Part shown: positions 28,991 through 38,346 of the stretch, piece by piece
Position numbering within the stretch: position 1 is the first letter of the stretch
Layout of the letters: every line of letters begins with the position of its first letter
Source: Chlamydiota bacterium
GTDB taxonomy: Bacteria; Chlamydiota; Chlamydiia; Chlamydiales; RGXB01
Length of the DNA stretch: 40,880 nucleotides
NCBI GenBank assembly: GCA_947494155.1
Contig: CANLTW010000012.1
Span: forward strand, 1-40,880
Direction: 5' to 3'
Translations under genes and position numbers: made by a program
The notes under the pieces: model-generated
What the model was told of the DNA's origin: nothing
Seen by the model: only the letters and a program-made list of their open reading frames with translations
The model's database searches: none

Positions 28991-29005
28991 CTCTGTTTAT
29001 TTCTC

Positions 29006-29038
29006 AAAAAAAAGACCCCTTAAAATTTTAAGAGGTCT
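29006..29038 (-). terminator. Rho-independent terminator of the rpe-acc operon
   Basis: Minus strand AGACCTCTTAA...TTAAGGGGTCT stem (one G-U pair) followed by a T-tract. Confidence 0.75.
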
Positions 29039-29050
29039 AAATGGCCTTCT

Positions 29051-30424
29051 TTAAAGAAGGGCTGGCTCTTGTTCTCTAAGGAGCCCCTCTTCGATCCATC
29101 GGTCGATGGTATTGATCGTAAGTCTATTTTCCACAAACTCCTCATTTTCTATCAAAAACTGATGAAATGGGATCGTGGTTTTATTTGGAGCAACAAAGAA
29201 CTCCCTTAAGGCTCTTTTGGCTACAAGGAGAGCCTCCTCACGATTTTTGCCTTTTACAATGAGTTTCGCGATCATGGAGTCGTAATAAGGTGGAATAGTG
29301 TAACCCGCAAATGAGTGGGTATCCATCCGGATGTTGGGACCCAACGGGGGTTGAAACAGCTCCATTTTTCCCGGTGAGGGGAGAAAATTCTTCTTAGGAT
29401 CTTCTGCATTAATTCTAAATTCTATCACATTCCCGCGCATCTCAATATCATCTTGGATTAAGCTAAGCTTTTGTCCACAGGCTACCTTGATCTGCTCTTT
29501 GATCAGATCGATTCCCGTAAGCTCCTCGGTGACGCAGTGCTCCACTTGGATACGCGTATTCACCTCCATAAAATAGAAGGTACGCGTCTGATCAAAGAGA
29601 AATTCGACGGTCCCGACTGAGTTATACCCTGCCTTTTTACAAAGGCGGACTGCTGCTTGTGTCACATAATTTCTCTCCTGGGGAGTCAAGACCGGAGAGG
29701 GTGCCTCCTCGATTAGCTTCTGACGACGCCTTTGTGTAGTGCAGTCTCTTTCAAAAAGATGCAATACGTTTCCATGGTGATCGGCAAGAATTTGAACCTC
29801 TATATGACGGGGATTCTGGATAAATTTCTCCACATAAAGAGCATCATCGCCAAAAGATTTTTTAGCCTCCTGCTGGGCCTGATAAAACTTTTCCGAAAAA
29901 TGGTGCTCATCAAAAAGAATATGGATCCCTTTTCCTCCACCGCCGCTTCTTGCCTTAAGCACTACAGGATAACCGATATTTCTAGACTCCTCAAGTGCCT
30001 CATTTGGTTCAAAAAAAGCCTCTATACGCCCAGGGACTACCGGTGCTTTAGCCTCGGTGGCGATTTTTTTTGCCTCTACTTTATTCCCCAAACGGTCAAT
30101 AGCCTCTGATGATGGACCAATAAATGTGATCCCCCCTTTTTCGCATTGTCGGGCAAAATCGGCATTTTCTGATAAAAAACCATAGCCAGGATGAACTGCA
30201 TCCGCTCCGCTGATTTCAATTGCGCTGAGAATGCGCGGTATATTAATGTACGACTCTGGCGCTGGCCCAGGCCCTATACACACTGCCTGATCCGCTAAAA
30301 GAACGTGGAGTGCATCTTTGTCTGCTGTAGAGTAGACAGCTACTGTCTCCAAACCAAGATCTCTACAAGCACGGATGATGCGAACCGCAATTTCTCCGCG
30401 GTTTGCAATCAAAACTCTTTTCAT
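29051..30424 (-). CDS. accC: Acetyl-CoA carboxylase biotin carboxylase
   Basis: LIANRGEIA, HPGYGFLSEN, GGGGKG, EVNTRIQVEH, YYDSMIAK. Confidence 0.97.
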   Translation of the reverse strand: MKRVLIANRGEIAVRIIRACRDLGLETVAVYSTADKDALHVLLADQAVCIGPGPAPESYINIPRILSAIEISGADAVHPGYGFLSENADFARQCEKGGITFIGPSSEAIDRLGNKVEAKKIATEAKAPVVPGRIEAFFEPNEALEESRNIGYPVVLKARSGGGGKGIHILFDEHHFSEKFYQAQQEAKKSFGDDALYVEKFIQNPRHIEVQILADHHGNVLHLFERDCTTQRRRQKLIEEAPSPVLTPQERNYVTQAAVRLCKKAGYNSVGTVEFLFDQTRTFYFMEVNTRIQVEHCVTEELTGIDLIKEQIKVACGQKLSLIQDDIEMRGNVIEFRINAEDPKKNFLPSPGKMELFQPPLGPNIRMDTHSFAGYTIPPYYDSMIAKLIVKGKNREEALLVAKRALREFFVAPNKTTIPFHQFLIENEEFVENRLTINTIDRWIEEGLLREQEPALL

Positions 30425-30454
30425 TTGAAAACCTAAAGTAGAAAAAACAGATAT

Positions 30455-30904
30455 TTATACGATAGAAAACAGAGGTTTGCCAAAGTCAACCGCTTCTTTA
30501 TCCTCAACAAGAACCTTTTCAATAGTCCCATCTTGTGTCGATTTAACCTCAAAATAGGTCTTCATCGCTTCAATTAAGCACAATGTCTGCCCTTTTTGGA
30601 CTTTCGATCCTATTTCGACAAATTTTGGTTTTTGCTCAGAAACAGCAAGATAGACTGTTCCGACCATCTCCGCATTTACCGTATTGTGGTTCAAGACCTC
30701 TTTAGTTGCACTAGCCGCCCCAGGCTTTTCTCCTTGGGATTGAATAGTATTTGATGCAGCGGGGCTTTGCACAACTGCATCGTGAACATAAGCACTTTGA
30801 AATTCTAATGCAATTTCTCGTCCGTCTGTCTCTTTTAAAGAAAAATTTTTGATCCCATTTTGTTTCAATACGTCGATCAAAACCTGAATATGCGCAAGAT
30901 CCAT
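30455..30904 (-). CDS. accB: Biotin carboxyl carrier protein
   Basis: MVGTVY, IEAMK biotinylation motif, FGKPLF. Confidence 0.95.
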   Translation of the reverse strand: MDLAHIQVLIDVLKQNGIKNFSLKETDGREIALEFQSAYVHDAVVQSPAASNTIQSQGEKPGAASATKEVLNHNTVNAEMVGTVYLAVSEQKPKFVEIGSKVQKGQTLCLIEAMKTYFEVKSTQDGTIEKVLVEDKEAVDFGKPLFSIV

Positions 30905-31461
30905 TATACCCTCTGAATGTACAAATTCTGCGTTGTATCCACCTTGATAATGTCACCGACCTCAATAAACATCGGGACCTCTATCTCGGCATTTGTTTCG
31001 AGTGAAGCGACTTTGGAACCCCCAACAAGTCCACCACCTTGGTCTTTGACACTAACAACCAAAAGCTCCAAAAACTGCGGTAATTCTACGGAAAATACCG
31101 TGTCCCCGTAAAAAAGAGCCCGGACATCCACACCCTCTTTAAGATAGTTTGCCCGGTCTTTGATAATCTCTTGCGGCACGAGTACTTGCTCGAGGTTATC
31201 AATGTCTAAAAAAAGATGCTCGCTACCCTCAAGATAAAGGTACTCCAACCTTCGTTTAGAAATTTTTACCTCTTCGATCTCCTGGTCAGGCTTAAAATTT
31301 CTCTCGAAAATTTCCGCAGTAACGGGATCTTTCAGTGTAGCTTTAAAAAAGGGTGGCCCTTTGGGCAGAGTGACTTTTATAATTTGCTCTAAAAGGAGAA
31401 TTCTCCCCTCAAAGCGGATTGTTGTTCCAGGAACGAGTTGCTGGACTAGTACGGTTAACAT
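30904..31461 (-). CDS. efp: Elongation factor P, divergent chlamydial paralog
   Basis: LEYLY, FLD, KxASLETNAEIEVPMFIEVGDIIKVDT..YIQRV; adjacent to accB. Confidence 0.92.
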   Translation of the reverse strand: MLTVLVQQLVPGTTIRFEGRILLLEQIIKVTLPKGPPFFKATLKDPVTAEIFERNFKPDQEIEEVKISKRRLEYLYLEGSEHLFLDIDNLEQVLVPQEIIKDRANYLKEGVDVRALFYGDTVFSVELPQFLELLVVSVKDQGGGLVGGSKVASLETNAEIEVPMFIEVGDIIKVDTTQNLYIQRV

Positions 31462-32120
31462 CTTTCCTCCACTATCGGATATAGCTGAGCCATATCTTCA
31501 ATCACATAATCAACACATAAGTCGGGCAAAATGCTAAAACGATTACGAGCTGCACGAAATAGAACCGTGATCATTCCCAGCTCTTTAGCCGGGACTAAAT
31601 CATCGTCTATTCTATCGGCAACCACAATCACCCGATTCGGTGGCATCTTGAATTCTTTCAAAATGTTTTCATAACACCCCTTCTTTGAAGAATGGGTGAC
31701 CTCAATTTTACTAAATAAGGTATAAGGAAGACCAGATTTTTTCATCTTGGACAGCTGAAAATTTTCTTCTCCTCGTGTGACGAGGATCAAATTAGCAAGA
31801 CTTTTAAGATCATAGAGGACTTTTTCAGAGCCAAATACCATTTCGGGTACTATGTCCTTGAATTCGGGATCATGGAGTACAGAATGCGCCACCTTAAGCA
31901 AGAGCGCGTCCCCCCCGTATAGGTGGAGAAATTCGAGAATTGCATCGGAGGAGCTGGAGCCGGTTCGGTTCAGCCTTTCTAAATCGATAAGAGCTGCGTC
32001 CCGATCCTCTATTTCAAGCCCATTATGGATCATCTCATCCAGAGCACGATCTAATCTCGGTTCCACAATAGAGGAGGTGGTTTCAATCAAAGTATCATCA
32101 AGATCGAACAGGACTAACAT
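31455..32120 (-). CDS. HAD-superfamily hydrolase
   Basis: FDLDDTL, LVTRG, VADRIDDDL..AKELGM. Confidence 0.88.
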   Translation of the reverse strand: MLVLFDLDDTLIETTSSIVEPRLDRALDEMIHNGLEIEDRDAALIDLERLNRTGSSSSDAILEFLHLYGGDALLLKVAHSVLHDPEFKDIVPEMVFGSEKVLYDLKSLANLILVTRGEENFQLSKMKKSGLPYTLFSKIEVTHSSKKGCYENILKEFKMPPNRVIVVADRIDDDLVPAKELGMITVLFRAARNRFSILPDLCVDYVIEDMAQLYPIVEERC

Positions 32121-33087
32121 TTTTTTTGGCCTCCTCTATGATGTGAATGAGAATGCGCGCTAGCCGGTCGGAGTCGTGGCGTATAAGATTTCTTTTTAAA
32201 AAATCCCTTTTATTCGCTTTATCAATAGTACCAAGAAGCGGGGTTCTAATCACGCGGGGGTCATCTAGATCACACTCGACAAGATCCCCCTCTTCAGAGT
32301 AGCGTTCAATCAGCTCGTTTGGGGGTCTTTGTGAATTGACGACTATGTAGTCGATTACCCCCTCCCCTAAAAAAAGCTCAAGTTCTCTCACGTAATCGCT
32401 TACTTTGAAACCTGTTGTCTGCCCTTTTCGATTCATGAGATTAACAACAAAAATTTTAGTAGCCCTGGATTTTTTTAAGCTATCCACTACTCCATCTACA
32501 AGAAGATTGGAGATCACCGATGTATAGAGACCTCCCGGTCCTATAACTATGGCATCTGCACCCAAAATTCGGTTTATCGCTTCAGGATTGGCTTTCGGAT
32601 AAGGATCTAAAAAAAAAGCGCTGTACCCCTGGTCTATCTCCTCTGATAGGTAGATCTCTTTTTCACTCTCCAATACTTTGCGATTATTCAGTATCATTTT
32701 GAGTCTTACATGCTGGGTGGTTACAGGGACCACTTTACCTCTAATGTTTAAGACTCGGCTTACCTCTTCGATCGCAGCCTCAAAACTTCCGGTGACTTTT
32801 TCCAGAGCTGATAAAAAAATATTTCCAAACGCATGCCCCGAAAGAAAACTTTCGTCAAAACGATAGTTCATCAAGTTGCGCATGAGATCATTAGACTCGC
32901 TAAGAGCGACTATGCATTGGCGTACATCTCCGGCTGGCAAAACCCCAAGCTCATCGCGTAAAATGCCCGTGCTTCCCCCATCATCGGCCATAGTAACAAT
33001 AGCTGTGAGATCTACGGGGTACTCTTTAAGTCCTTTGAGAACGACATAGTTTCCGGTTCCACCACCCAGGGTGCAAATCCGTTTCAC
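32098..33087 (-). CDS. yvcK: YvcK/GlmR family (CofD-related, UDP-GlcNAc-binding) protein
   Basis: GGGTG, VTMADDGGSTG, PAGDVR, GHAFGN, GPGGLYTSV, IRHD. Confidence 0.92.
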   Translation of the reverse strand: MKRICTLGGGTGNYVVLKGLKEYPVDLTAIVTMADDGGSTGILRDELGVLPAGDVRQCIVALSESNDLMRNLMNYRFDESFLSGHAFGNIFLSALEKVTGSFEAAIEEVSRVLNIRGKVVPVTTQHVRLKMILNNRKVLESEKEIYLSEEIDQGYSAFFLDPYPKANPEAINRILGADAIVIGPGGLYTSVISNLLVDGVVDSLKKSRATKIFVVNLMNRKGQTTGFKVSDYVRELELFLGEGVIDYIVVNSQRPPNELIERYSEEGDLVECDLDDPRVIRTPLLGTIDKANKRDFLKRNLIRHDSDRLARILIHIIEEAKKNVSPVRS

Positions 33088-33746
33088 CTAGCGCCCCGCA
33101 TTTTTTGAACAACCTCTTTCATGGTACGATTTTTATCAAAAAGTGCGCTAGCAGAGACCAAAATATCGGCGCCCGCCTGGATGCATCGAGCCGCATTTTC
33201 TAGATGGACACCCCCATCAACCGAAATTTCGAATTTGAGCTCAGGGTGATTTTTTTTCATCAGTTTAAGAAACTCGATCCGTTCAACCATATCTTCATTA
33301 AATTTTTGGCCGGCAAATCCGGGGTTCACGGTCATCACGATCACCTGATCTACTTTACCAAGATGGGGAATCAAGAGTTCAGGGTTTGTGTCAGGAGAGA
33401 TCGCAAGACCTGCTTGCATGTTACAGGTTTTGATAAAGTGGATCGTCTCATCAACGTCCTCGGTGGCCTCAATCTGAAAAGTAAGCCTGTCAGCGCCCGC
33501 TTTCTTAAAACGTTCAATATAGTCGTAAACTCGATAAATCATTAAGTGGACATCAAAAAACAGTTTTGATCTTGATCTCAGCCCTCTGACCGTATCTGGT
33601 CCAAAGGTAATATTGTCCACAAAATTTCCATCCATCACATCGAGATGCAGCATGTCAGCACCACTCTCTTCGATTTTTTTAAGCTCATCGGCTAGGCAAC
33701 ACATGTCACCCCCTATGATAGACGCAGAAACTTTTACTTTTTTCAT
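33084..33746 (-). CDS. rpe: Ribulose-phosphate 3-epimerase
   Basis: HLDVMDGNFVDNITFG, DVHLMI, MTVNPGFAGQ, VDGG. Confidence 0.96.
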   Translation of the reverse strand: MKKVKVSASIIGGDMCCLADELKKIEESGADMLHLDVMDGNFVDNITFGPDTVRGLRSRSKLFFDVHLMIYRVYDYIERFKKAGADRLTFQIEATEDVDETIHFIKTCNMQAGLAISPDTNPELLIPHLGKVDQVIVMTVNPGFAGQKFNEDMVERIEFLKLMKKNHPELKFEISVDGGVHLENAARCIQAGADILVSASALFDKNRTMKEVVQKMRGAR

Positions 33747-33751
33747 CCTCT

Positions 33752-35578
33752 CTATGTAATCACACCCTTATCTATACGCTCAAGAAAAATTTGGTTCATC
33801 ATCTCCTCAAATTTGACCATAGTATCTATTTGTGGTTGATAGAGGTAGAATAAATGGAAGCTTTTACCCCAAATTAGAACATGGCTTTTGATCCATTCAA
33901 ATTTCGATTTTACGCAGAGTTTTGCAGCTTCATCTATTTTTGCAGCTGTTTTTAAAGATGCGAGGATCAACACCCCCGCGCTCCCTTTTTTCACCAGGTG
34001 CTCCCCTGTAAGGTTTTTCGAACCGCTCATGAAAAAATGAAACATCTCGATGAGTGGATCCAGTTTTGACAAATATTGAATTTCCAAAGGGTACAAAGAG
34101 AGGAAAAAATTCTCTAAACACATGTCCTCATATTCTTTTAAAAGATCTTTAAACAAACGCAAGTTATCGATTTGCTTGGAGATCATTCCCCCATTATAAT
34201 CTCTGAACTGAGGGAATATTTTTTTTAAAAAATCGGTGATATGAGCCCGTACTTTCAATGAATCCACCGAGTGGTCTTGACGAATAAACCCGTTCAGGTC
34301 GATATCTAAACGCACCGTTGAAGCCTCGATTTCTACCAGCCGCTGGTAGAATCTTCTACTGGCTTCCAAATGCACCCCAATACCCTGCTTTCTAATCGTT
34401 GTAAGCCTTTCTATAGGGACATTATCGTAGGGTTTTACAATCAACACCAGGTAACTAAGATAGGTTTCATACTGCCTCTCGAAATGTATAGCGACCTGCG
34501 GGATATCCTCTTTAGAACTAATTTCATTGCAAAGAGTGACTATCCTACGCATCACGTCCTCTTCGTTTCTGGGCATGAATACCTGGTGCACGTACCTTTC
34601 GATTGAAGAGCTTAAAGTAAATTTTAATCCCCTTTCGATCTCTTTGCGATCTAGATGGGTTTGAACTTCCAGAAAAAAAATGGAATCATGATGTAGACGG
34701 ATAAAACTTTTTTCATCCACGTGAATTGAGGGGTGTATTAGCTGAAGCGATTTTTTCAGATGTTTTAGTTCAAAAACTTCATTAGGCGCTAGTGGAAGGT
34801 AAAGAGCAAGACCCAAGACTCCCCTTGAAGAGGATGGGTCAAGTGGAAACACCTGTACTCTGTGCTCTCTTTCTTCGAAGCGACTCTCTTCTAATTCCCT
34901 GACCTGTTTTTGCAAAAGCACATAACGGATGAACCACCTCTTCCATTTTGCCTGTAATGGATCGGTTTCAATCCGCTCGCTAAATTCGATCCAAAAACGT
35001 CGTAAATATTTTTCCATCTGAGATCGGGAGAAGGGGACGCGCCTCGCCAAAAACTGAAGGAGATCCTGAAGATGCAAGTACTCCTGATTTACTCCAGAGC
35101 GCTTTCTGTCAAATGTGCGCTCGAGTATATCCTCTTTTTCGCAGCCTCGTCGCACCTCTTCCATGAATCGGTCAAGTTGCTCATTAAACAGTACAAATTC
35201 CTCTTGCGAGCGGAAGACGACATACGCCTCAATAAGGGTCAAAGCCCCCTCGTATCCCTCCAAACGGATGTTTGAGGCAAAAAACCGCTCGAGCGGGGTG
35301 ATTTGAGAGGGTATTAAAGAGGTGGAACACTGGGTGAAAAAATAGTGAGAAAGCCCCTCTTTTTCTTTGGAAAGCAAATAAATACTTACGCCAAGAGGGT
35401 GCTCTTGGGCTCTTTCCACAAATAAAAGGGGTAATTTCGAGCGCAACAACACAGGGCGATCTGCAAGATCTTTACCGTGCTCGCAATTTGAAAAAATTTG
35501 CTGCATGATTCGCTCCTTGGTGGAGCGATATAAATCCAATACCTTGAAAGAAGAGGGATTGGGGTGCGGTTTGACCAT
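33752..35578 (-). CDS. Large hypothetical protein heading the rpe operon
   Basis: 608 aa ORF ending 5 nt before rpe; motif-like FMPRNEE and FRDYNGGM. Confidence 0.8.
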   Translation of the reverse strand: MVKPHPNPSSFKVLDLYRSTKERIMQQIFSNCEHGKDLADRPVLLRSKLPLLFVERAQEHPLGVSIYLLSKEKEGLSHYFFTQCSTSLIPSQITPLERFFASNIRLEGYEGALTLIEAYVVFRSQEEFVLFNEQLDRFMEEVRRGCEKEDILERTFDRKRSGVNQEYLHLQDLLQFLARRVPFSRSQMEKYLRRFWIEFSERIETDPLQAKWKRWFIRYVLLQKQVRELEESRFEEREHRVQVFPLDPSSSRGVLGLALYLPLAPNEVFELKHLKKSLQLIHPSIHVDEKSFIRLHHDSIFFLEVQTHLDRKEIERGLKFTLSSSIERYVHQVFMPRNEEDVMRRIVTLCNEISSKEDIPQVAIHFERQYETYLSYLVLIVKPYDNVPIERLTTIRKQGIGVHLEASRRFYQRLVEIEASTVRLDIDLNGFIRQDHSVDSLKVRAHITDFLKKIFPQFRDYNGGMISKQIDNLRLFKDLLKEYEDMCLENFFLSLYPLEIQYLSKLDPLIEMFHFFMSGSKNLTGEHLVKKGSAGVLILASLKTAAKIDEAAKLCVKSKFEWIKSHVLIWGKSFHLFYLYQPQIDTMVKFEEMMNQIFLERIDKGVIT

Positions 35579-35740
35579 GCGTATTTCGCTATACTTTACC
35601 TTTTTTTACCTCTTTGTTTGCAGGAAAGATTTTTTCTCTCTAGCTTTAACGAGGTTTTAGCCTGTATATCAGTTCTACTTTTTTTTTGAAAATAGATCTT
35701 AATAAACAAGAAAGGTTTAATTGAAATGTCGAGAAATTAT

Positions 35741-36532
35741 TTATGTTGCCAGCTCAGTCGTAGGGATCCCTACCTTGATTGGTGAGTCCCCACAAATAAC
35801 TGTACCTACTTCAAAAAAGCCCCCCTTTTTTTCACTAGATACTATTTCTAAAGGGACGGATAACCTTCTAGCTAAACTCAAAGCCCTAAGATGCAATAAA
35901 GGGCGCACTTCACTGTTTAAAAGCTCCACCGCCCCCTGGTAATCTATTTTTTTAATCTTTACCGCCTGGGAATTTTTGTGGGGATTCTCGCTAAAAAGAG
36001 AACCCACATCTTTAAAATAGGCTACTTTTTCTGCCAAAAGGGCATGACACAAAGCCACGGCAGTCGTATCAGAGCCCCCTCTGCCCAGTGTGGTCACCTC
36101 TTTATCGAAAGAAACCCCTTGAAAACCAGCTACAACGACGGTTAACCCTCTCCTAAGTGCCTCTTCAATCCTCGTTGGGCGCACCTCAAGAATTTTAGCA
36201 TCTGTAAAATCTTTAGTTGTCAAAATCCCCGATTGACTTCCGGTAAAAGAGACAGCTTCAATATTTGCATCAATCAACGCCATTGTCAAAAGGGTCATGC
36301 TTATTCTCTCCCCTACCGAAACCAAAAGATCCAGCTCCCTTTTTTGCGGGTTAGGCACGACAGAATGGGCAAGGTTCAATAAGTTATCAGTGGTATTTCC
36401 CATAGCGCTTACAACAGTAATCACCTGGTATCCTTGTTTGATATAGCAAATAATTATATCTTTAATATTATGGATTTCCTCAACGGAACTGAGGGACTTC
36501 CCCCCAAATTTTAAGACAATTCTCGGGCGCAT
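35741..36532 (-). CDS. lysC: Aspartate kinase, catalytic domain only (start moved to ATG 36532)
   Basis: VLKFGG, VVSAMGNTTD, SVGERIS, VAGFQG, TTLGRGGSDTTA; ends without ACT domains. Confidence 0.9.
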   Translation of the reverse strand: MRPRIVLKFGGKSLSSVEEIHNIKDIIICYIKQGYQVITVVSAMGNTTDNLLNLAHSVVPNPQKRELDLLVSVGERISMTLLTMALIDANIEAVSFTGSQSGILTTKDFTDAKILEVRPTRIEEALRRGLTVVVAGFQGVSFDKEVTTLGRGGSDTTAVALCHALLAEKVAYFKDVGSLFSENPHKNSQAVKIKKIDYQGAVELLNSEVRPLLHLRALSLARRLSVPLEIVSSEKKGGFFEVGTVICGDSPIKVGIPTTELAT

Positions 36533-36561
36533 AGTAAACCTTTTAAAGGGTAGCAAATGTG

Positions 36562-36591
36562 TTGATTTTTATTACAGAGGGTTGTTAGACT
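36562..36591 (+). promoter_or_regulatory. Promoter of rpsA-nusA-infB
   Basis: TTGATT, 18 bp, TAGACT with upstream TG; AGGAG SD before the ATG at 36631. Confidence 0.55.
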
Positions 36592-36630
36592 TGTCAACAA
36601 AACGTAAAAACCCTAGGAGAACCCTTTAAC

Positions 36631-38334
36631 ATGTCCACTAAACAACACAGTGCCTGGATCCAAGATGAGAGCAAAATTCTTGACGAGGAAAATTTCAGCG
36701 CTTCTGACCGCGAACTATTCAATAAATTTATCAAAGGTGCACATACCGATGATACCACAGCCGTGAGCACCATGGTTCCAGGACAAGTCCTTAAAGGGCG
36801 CATTGTTTTGGTAACTAAAGATTTTGTTATTGTGGATGTAGGGCTAAAATCTGAAGGGCTTATCCCTCTCGGTGAATTCGAAGATCCGAACGAGATTATC
36901 ATCGGCGGCGAAGTCGAAGTTCTCCTGGATCAAACAGAGGGTGAAAACGGCCAAATTGTTGTCTCTAGAGAGAAAGCGATTAAGCTCCGTCGTTGGGAGT
37001 ACATTGTTAACCATTGCGAAGAGGGCTCTATTGTCAAAGGTAAAGTCACACGTAAAGTTAAAGGTGGCTTGATGGTGGACATCGGTGTTGAGGCGTTCCT
37101 CCCCGGCTCTCAAATCGACAACAAACGTATCAAAACTGTAGACGAATTCCTTGATAAGGTTTTTGAGGTAAAAATCCTTAAAATCAATATCGACAGAAAA
37201 AATATCGTTGTTTCACGACGAGAAATCATCGAAGATGAGCGCGTTTCGAAGAAAGCTGAAATGCTTGACGACATCCAAACCGGCGATATCCGTATCGGCG
37301 TTGTCAAAAACATCACCGACTTCGGAGCCTTCTTGGATCTTGATGGTATCGACGGACTCTTGCATATTACTGATATGGCCTGGAAACGCGTACGCCACCC
37401 ATCCGAACTTGTTCAGCTTGGCGACGAAGTAGAGGTCATGATCCTTAGCGTAGATAAAGACAAAGGGCGTGTAGCACTTGGTCTTAAGCAAAAAGATCAC
37501 AACCCTTGGGATGAGATCGAGGCGAAGTACCCCATCGGAACACGCGTCCGCGGTAAAATCGTTAACCTCGTACCTTACGGCGCTTTCATCGAACTTGAAG
37601 CTGGCATTGAAGGTTTGATCCACGTTTCAGAAATGTCATGGGTGAAAAACGTCACCGATCCTAGTCAAGTCGTCAACCGTGGCGATGAGGTTGAAGCGAT
37701 CGTTCTCTCTATCCAAAAAGATGAAGGGAAAATCTCTTTAGGTATCAAGCAAACGGAAGAAAATCCCTGGGACAATGTCGATGACCGTTACCAAGTAGGT
37801 AAATCGGTAAAAGTTGAAATCCGCAACCTTACCAATTACGGTGCTTTTGTTGAACTCGAGCCTGGTGTAGATGGATTGATTCACATCTCTGATCTCAGCT
37901 GGATCAAAAAAGTTTCCCACCCATCTGAAGTACTCAAAAAAGGGGACTACGTTGAGGCGGTGATCCTTTCTGTCGATAAAGAAAGCAAGAAAATCACTCT
38001 CGGCGTAAAACAGCTTACAGATAACCCCTGGCAGTCTATCGAAGATACAATGCCAGTAGGAAGCGTAGTGCGTGGGAAAGTCACAAAAATTACCGCATTT
38101 GGCGCGTTCGTTGAGCTCGCTAACGGGATCGAAGGACTTGTACACGTATCAGAACTCTCTGACCGTCCTTTCAACAAAATTGAAGACGTTGTCCGTGTAG
38201 GTGCTGATGTGGAAGCTAAAGTGATCAAAATTGATCGTGAACACAAGAAAATCTCCCTTTCAATCAAAGAACACGAACTCGGCTCAACGAAAACCAGCCG
38301 CGATGCAATTGTTCTTGATGGTAAAAAACGATAA
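36631..38334 (+). CDS. rpsA: 30S ribosomal protein S1
   Basis: [17 protein letters not shown], repeated S1 domains (FGAF..L...DGL.H..). Confidence 0.98.
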   Translation: MSTKQHSAWIQDESKILDEENFSASDRELFNKFIKGAHTDDTTAVSTMVPGQVLKGRIVLVTKDFVIVDVGLKSEGLIPLGEFEDPNEIIIGGEVEVLLDQTEGENGQIVVSREKAIKLRRWEYIVNHCEEGSIVKGKVTRKVKGGLMVDIGVEAFLPGSQIDNKRIKTVDEFLDKVFEVKILKINIDRKNIVVSRREIIEDERVSKKAEMLDDIQTGDIRIGVVKNITDFGAFLDLDGIDGLLHITDMAWKRVRHPSELVQLGDEVEVMILSVDKDKGRVALGLKQKDHNPWDEIEAKYPIGTRVRGKIVNLVPYGAFIELEAGIEGLIHVSEMSWVKNVTDPSQVVNRGDEVEAIVLSIQKDEGKISLGIKQTEENPWDNVDDRYQVGKSVKVEIRNLTNYGAFVELEPGVDGLIHISDLSWIKKVSHPSEVLKKGDYVEAVILSVDKESKKITLGVKQLTDNPWQSIEDTMPVGSVVRGKVTKITAFGAFVELANGIEGLVHVSELSDRPFNKIEDVVRVGADVEAKVIKIDREHKKISLSIKEHELGSTKTSRDAIVLDGKKR

Positions 38335-38346
38335 TTAGGGCAACCG

